From Eukaryota sp. GEM-RC1 (taxonomy: Eukaryota), in NCBI GenBank assembly GCA_040285855.1, contig JAUFOQ010000002.1, positions 3,596,001 through 3,660,000 on the forward strand: a DNA stretch of 64,000 bases, read 5' to 3'. The notes beneath the pieces are model-generated. The model was given only the letters and a program-made list of their open reading frames with translations, was not told the origin of the DNA and ran no database searches. Below, piece after piece: positions 62,131-64,000 of this stretch. Position 1 is the stretch's first letter. The number at the start of each line of letters is the position of its first letter. Position numbers and translations under genes: made by a program.

Positions 62131-63148
62131 CCAAAATTTAATTGATAGTCTTGACTCCAATTTGTGGTCAGATTTATTTCCTGTGTGGGTAACAGAAATT
62201 CAGCAGAGAAGCATTTTCTCTTTGCCTTTGTGTGTTCGTAAGTTACAGAGAGAGGTCTGTTTTGTTTCACGAAAGCTTGGACCTTAAAAACCGTATTAGC
62301 TTGGCTAAGACTAAGAGTCCCGCTTTTTGTGCTTTTTTTGAATCATATTTCTTCAACCGCTGCGTCTTCTTTTGTTTCTCGTTTGCCACGAAAATTTTGT
62401 TTTAATCTTAAGGATCATGAATGGCTTATAAACATGAGACTTAGGTTAGGTTTAGGGCCTTCAGTTCTTTTGAAGCATTCTCCATGTCTTTGTGGTCGTT
62501 CAAAGGCCTCAAATTTTCATCATTTAGTTAACTGTCATCAATTTAGTCATTTTCGATCAATTATTCACAACAGTATCCGAGATACATGTTTGGATATGTT
62601 TAAGGCTAATGGTTTTCATTGGAAAAATGGAACCTTTACTTGCTAATCTTTCTGATCAGCCAAAAGTTGATAGAAGTCGTGGTGATTTGATTGGTTCTTG
62701 GTTATGTTGTCAGGAAATTATCATGGATTTCACGACTGTTGATCCTTGTAATTCAAGATCAATTTCCAAAATATTTGATGATGAATTTTCTGCTCTTGAA
62801 GTGGCTGAAAAAGGTAAAAATACAAAGTACTGTCACTTAATTAACCAATTGACTGTTGACAGGTACAATTCTTTTGTGTTTCAACCATTTGCGATGTCGA
62901 TATACGGTAATATTGGACCAGCAGCACAAGGTTTTTTAACTTCCTTTGGTAAATTGTGTTCTGCGTATGGTAAAGTTTTCAATGAAAATTTTTGGTTGAG
63001 TAGGATAACTTTTGTGTTGTTTCGTTCAATGCACAGATATTTTAATTCAATTTTAGGTAAGTTGTTCGGTGATGGACAGAAGGATCATAGTTTAGATACA
63101 TTAGTTATTAACTTCTGCAAATGCATTTTTTCACTGACTGATCATAAA
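62131..63148 (+). mobile_element. Duplicate of R9
   Basis: Same motifs; here the A5 run at ~62808 keeps AEKGKNTKY in frame. Confidence 0.88.
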
Positions 63149-63715
63149 CATGGAACGCAAATGTTCCGTACCGCGGCGATTTTAGGCGTACCGTACCGTA
63201 CGTACATACGTCCGGTACAAGTACCGGCACTGTTCTTTGACCGACTAAAAATAATTATTACTATTTTGAACACGGTGATTCAATGTGAGATTTTAACAGT
63301 TATCATCGTCATAAATTCTACCGTTACACATTGCTCAGGATATCAATATCCTATTGTCACACTTTTTCACATTTAGGTTACGGCATTTGCTGACCACAAC
63401 TTCCCCAAACTGACATTTTCTTCGTATGAAGCTGAGCAACCGGTCGAAATCATCAATAGTAGTTACGTCTTCGAATCACAATGCGTTTAACGAGTGACTA
63501 CGACGTAATATAACAATGATAAAGGACCCCAAAAACCCACGGACTGGATTTCTAAACGATCGGAAAATGCAGTAGCAATTTGCACCGAATCTTCGTACTC
63601 AAAAACATTAATTGTAAATCCATTTAGATTATTCATAATTAGACTTTATATACAAATCAATTGACATCGGTAGGGATAAAAGTAATCGGTACGTACCAAA
63701 GACTTGCGCACATTG
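63149..63715. mobile_element. Duplicate of the hAT MITE at 55188
   Basis: TSD ATCATAAA at 63141-63148 and 63716-63723. Confidence 0.85.
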
Positions 63716-63788
63716 ATCATAAACCCCGTTTTTTTTGATTAGTGTACTGATTGGACTCACTGGCAAAACCAAGAAATTCTAAACCTTT

Positions 63789-64000
63789 ATGGCTCAGTAC
63801 GGTCAGATCGGCAGCTTTACAGAAGCGGATACCACCCGAAAAGCAGATCCGATTCAGTTGGGGCCCATATCTGGATCACTTGCATGTTTGTTGTTTATTG
63901 GTTGTTTCCTATACTTATTGCTTAGAGGCCTACCTTTTGGTCGTGTCGACTATGACGCAACTCTTCTTCCCCAGACAACTTTAGTTCTTACTAAAATGAC
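63789..64000 (+). CDS. Second copy (partial, runs off the window) of the membrane-protein gene at 55829
   Basis: Matches 55829-56040. Confidence 0.55.
   Translation, partial: MAQYGQIGSFTEADTTRKADPIQLGPISGSLACLLFIGCFLYLLLRGLPFGRVDYDATLLPQTTLVLTKM

Larger units (their letters stand above)
51999..64000. repeat. Tandem repeat with 7960-bp period (51999-59958, repeating from 59959 to the window end)
   Basis: 51999-56040 equals 59959-64000 apart from six homopolymer-length differences noticed by eye. Confidence 0.97.

Noticed and set aside
1..64000. Alternative genetic code (TAA/TAG read as Gln)
   Set aside because: Rab ends CSC-TAA, ATR ends at FATC-TGA and other genes end in TAG; long genes have no in-frame stops.

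Overview
AT-rich, gene-dense eukaryotic (flagellated protist) DNA using the standard genetic code, with very short GT-AG introns (26-33 nt). Host genes include a TmcB/TmcC-like membrane protein, a ceramidase-like membrane protein, two LRR proteins, tRNA-Asp(GTC), an amino-acid transporter, an At4g15545-like protein, an Asp-rich EGF surface protein, Spt4, a Rab escort/GDI protein, ATR kinase, a shortened hydin and a Rab32/38-like GTPase. Long genes are broken roughly once per kb, almost always at homopolymers. This is best explained as long-read consensus error, because two copies of a 4-kb duplicate in this window differ only in homopolymer lengths. Intergenic blocks hold many transposon relics: at least 9 independent 5'-truncated RLE-type (CRE-like) non-LTR retrotransposon fragments, hAT MITEs with verifiable 8-bp TSDs, tiny pogo-type MITEs, an internally deleted MULE and an apparently intact DD34E IS630/Tc1 transposase inside a 7960-bp tandem repeat. 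Most notable: a retroelement 3' terminus TGAYCATAAACCCCG followed by oligo-T rather than poly-A, the 8-kb tandem unit, and an apparent GT-TG intron in the Rab gene. All family calls are from motif recognition by eye, with no database search.
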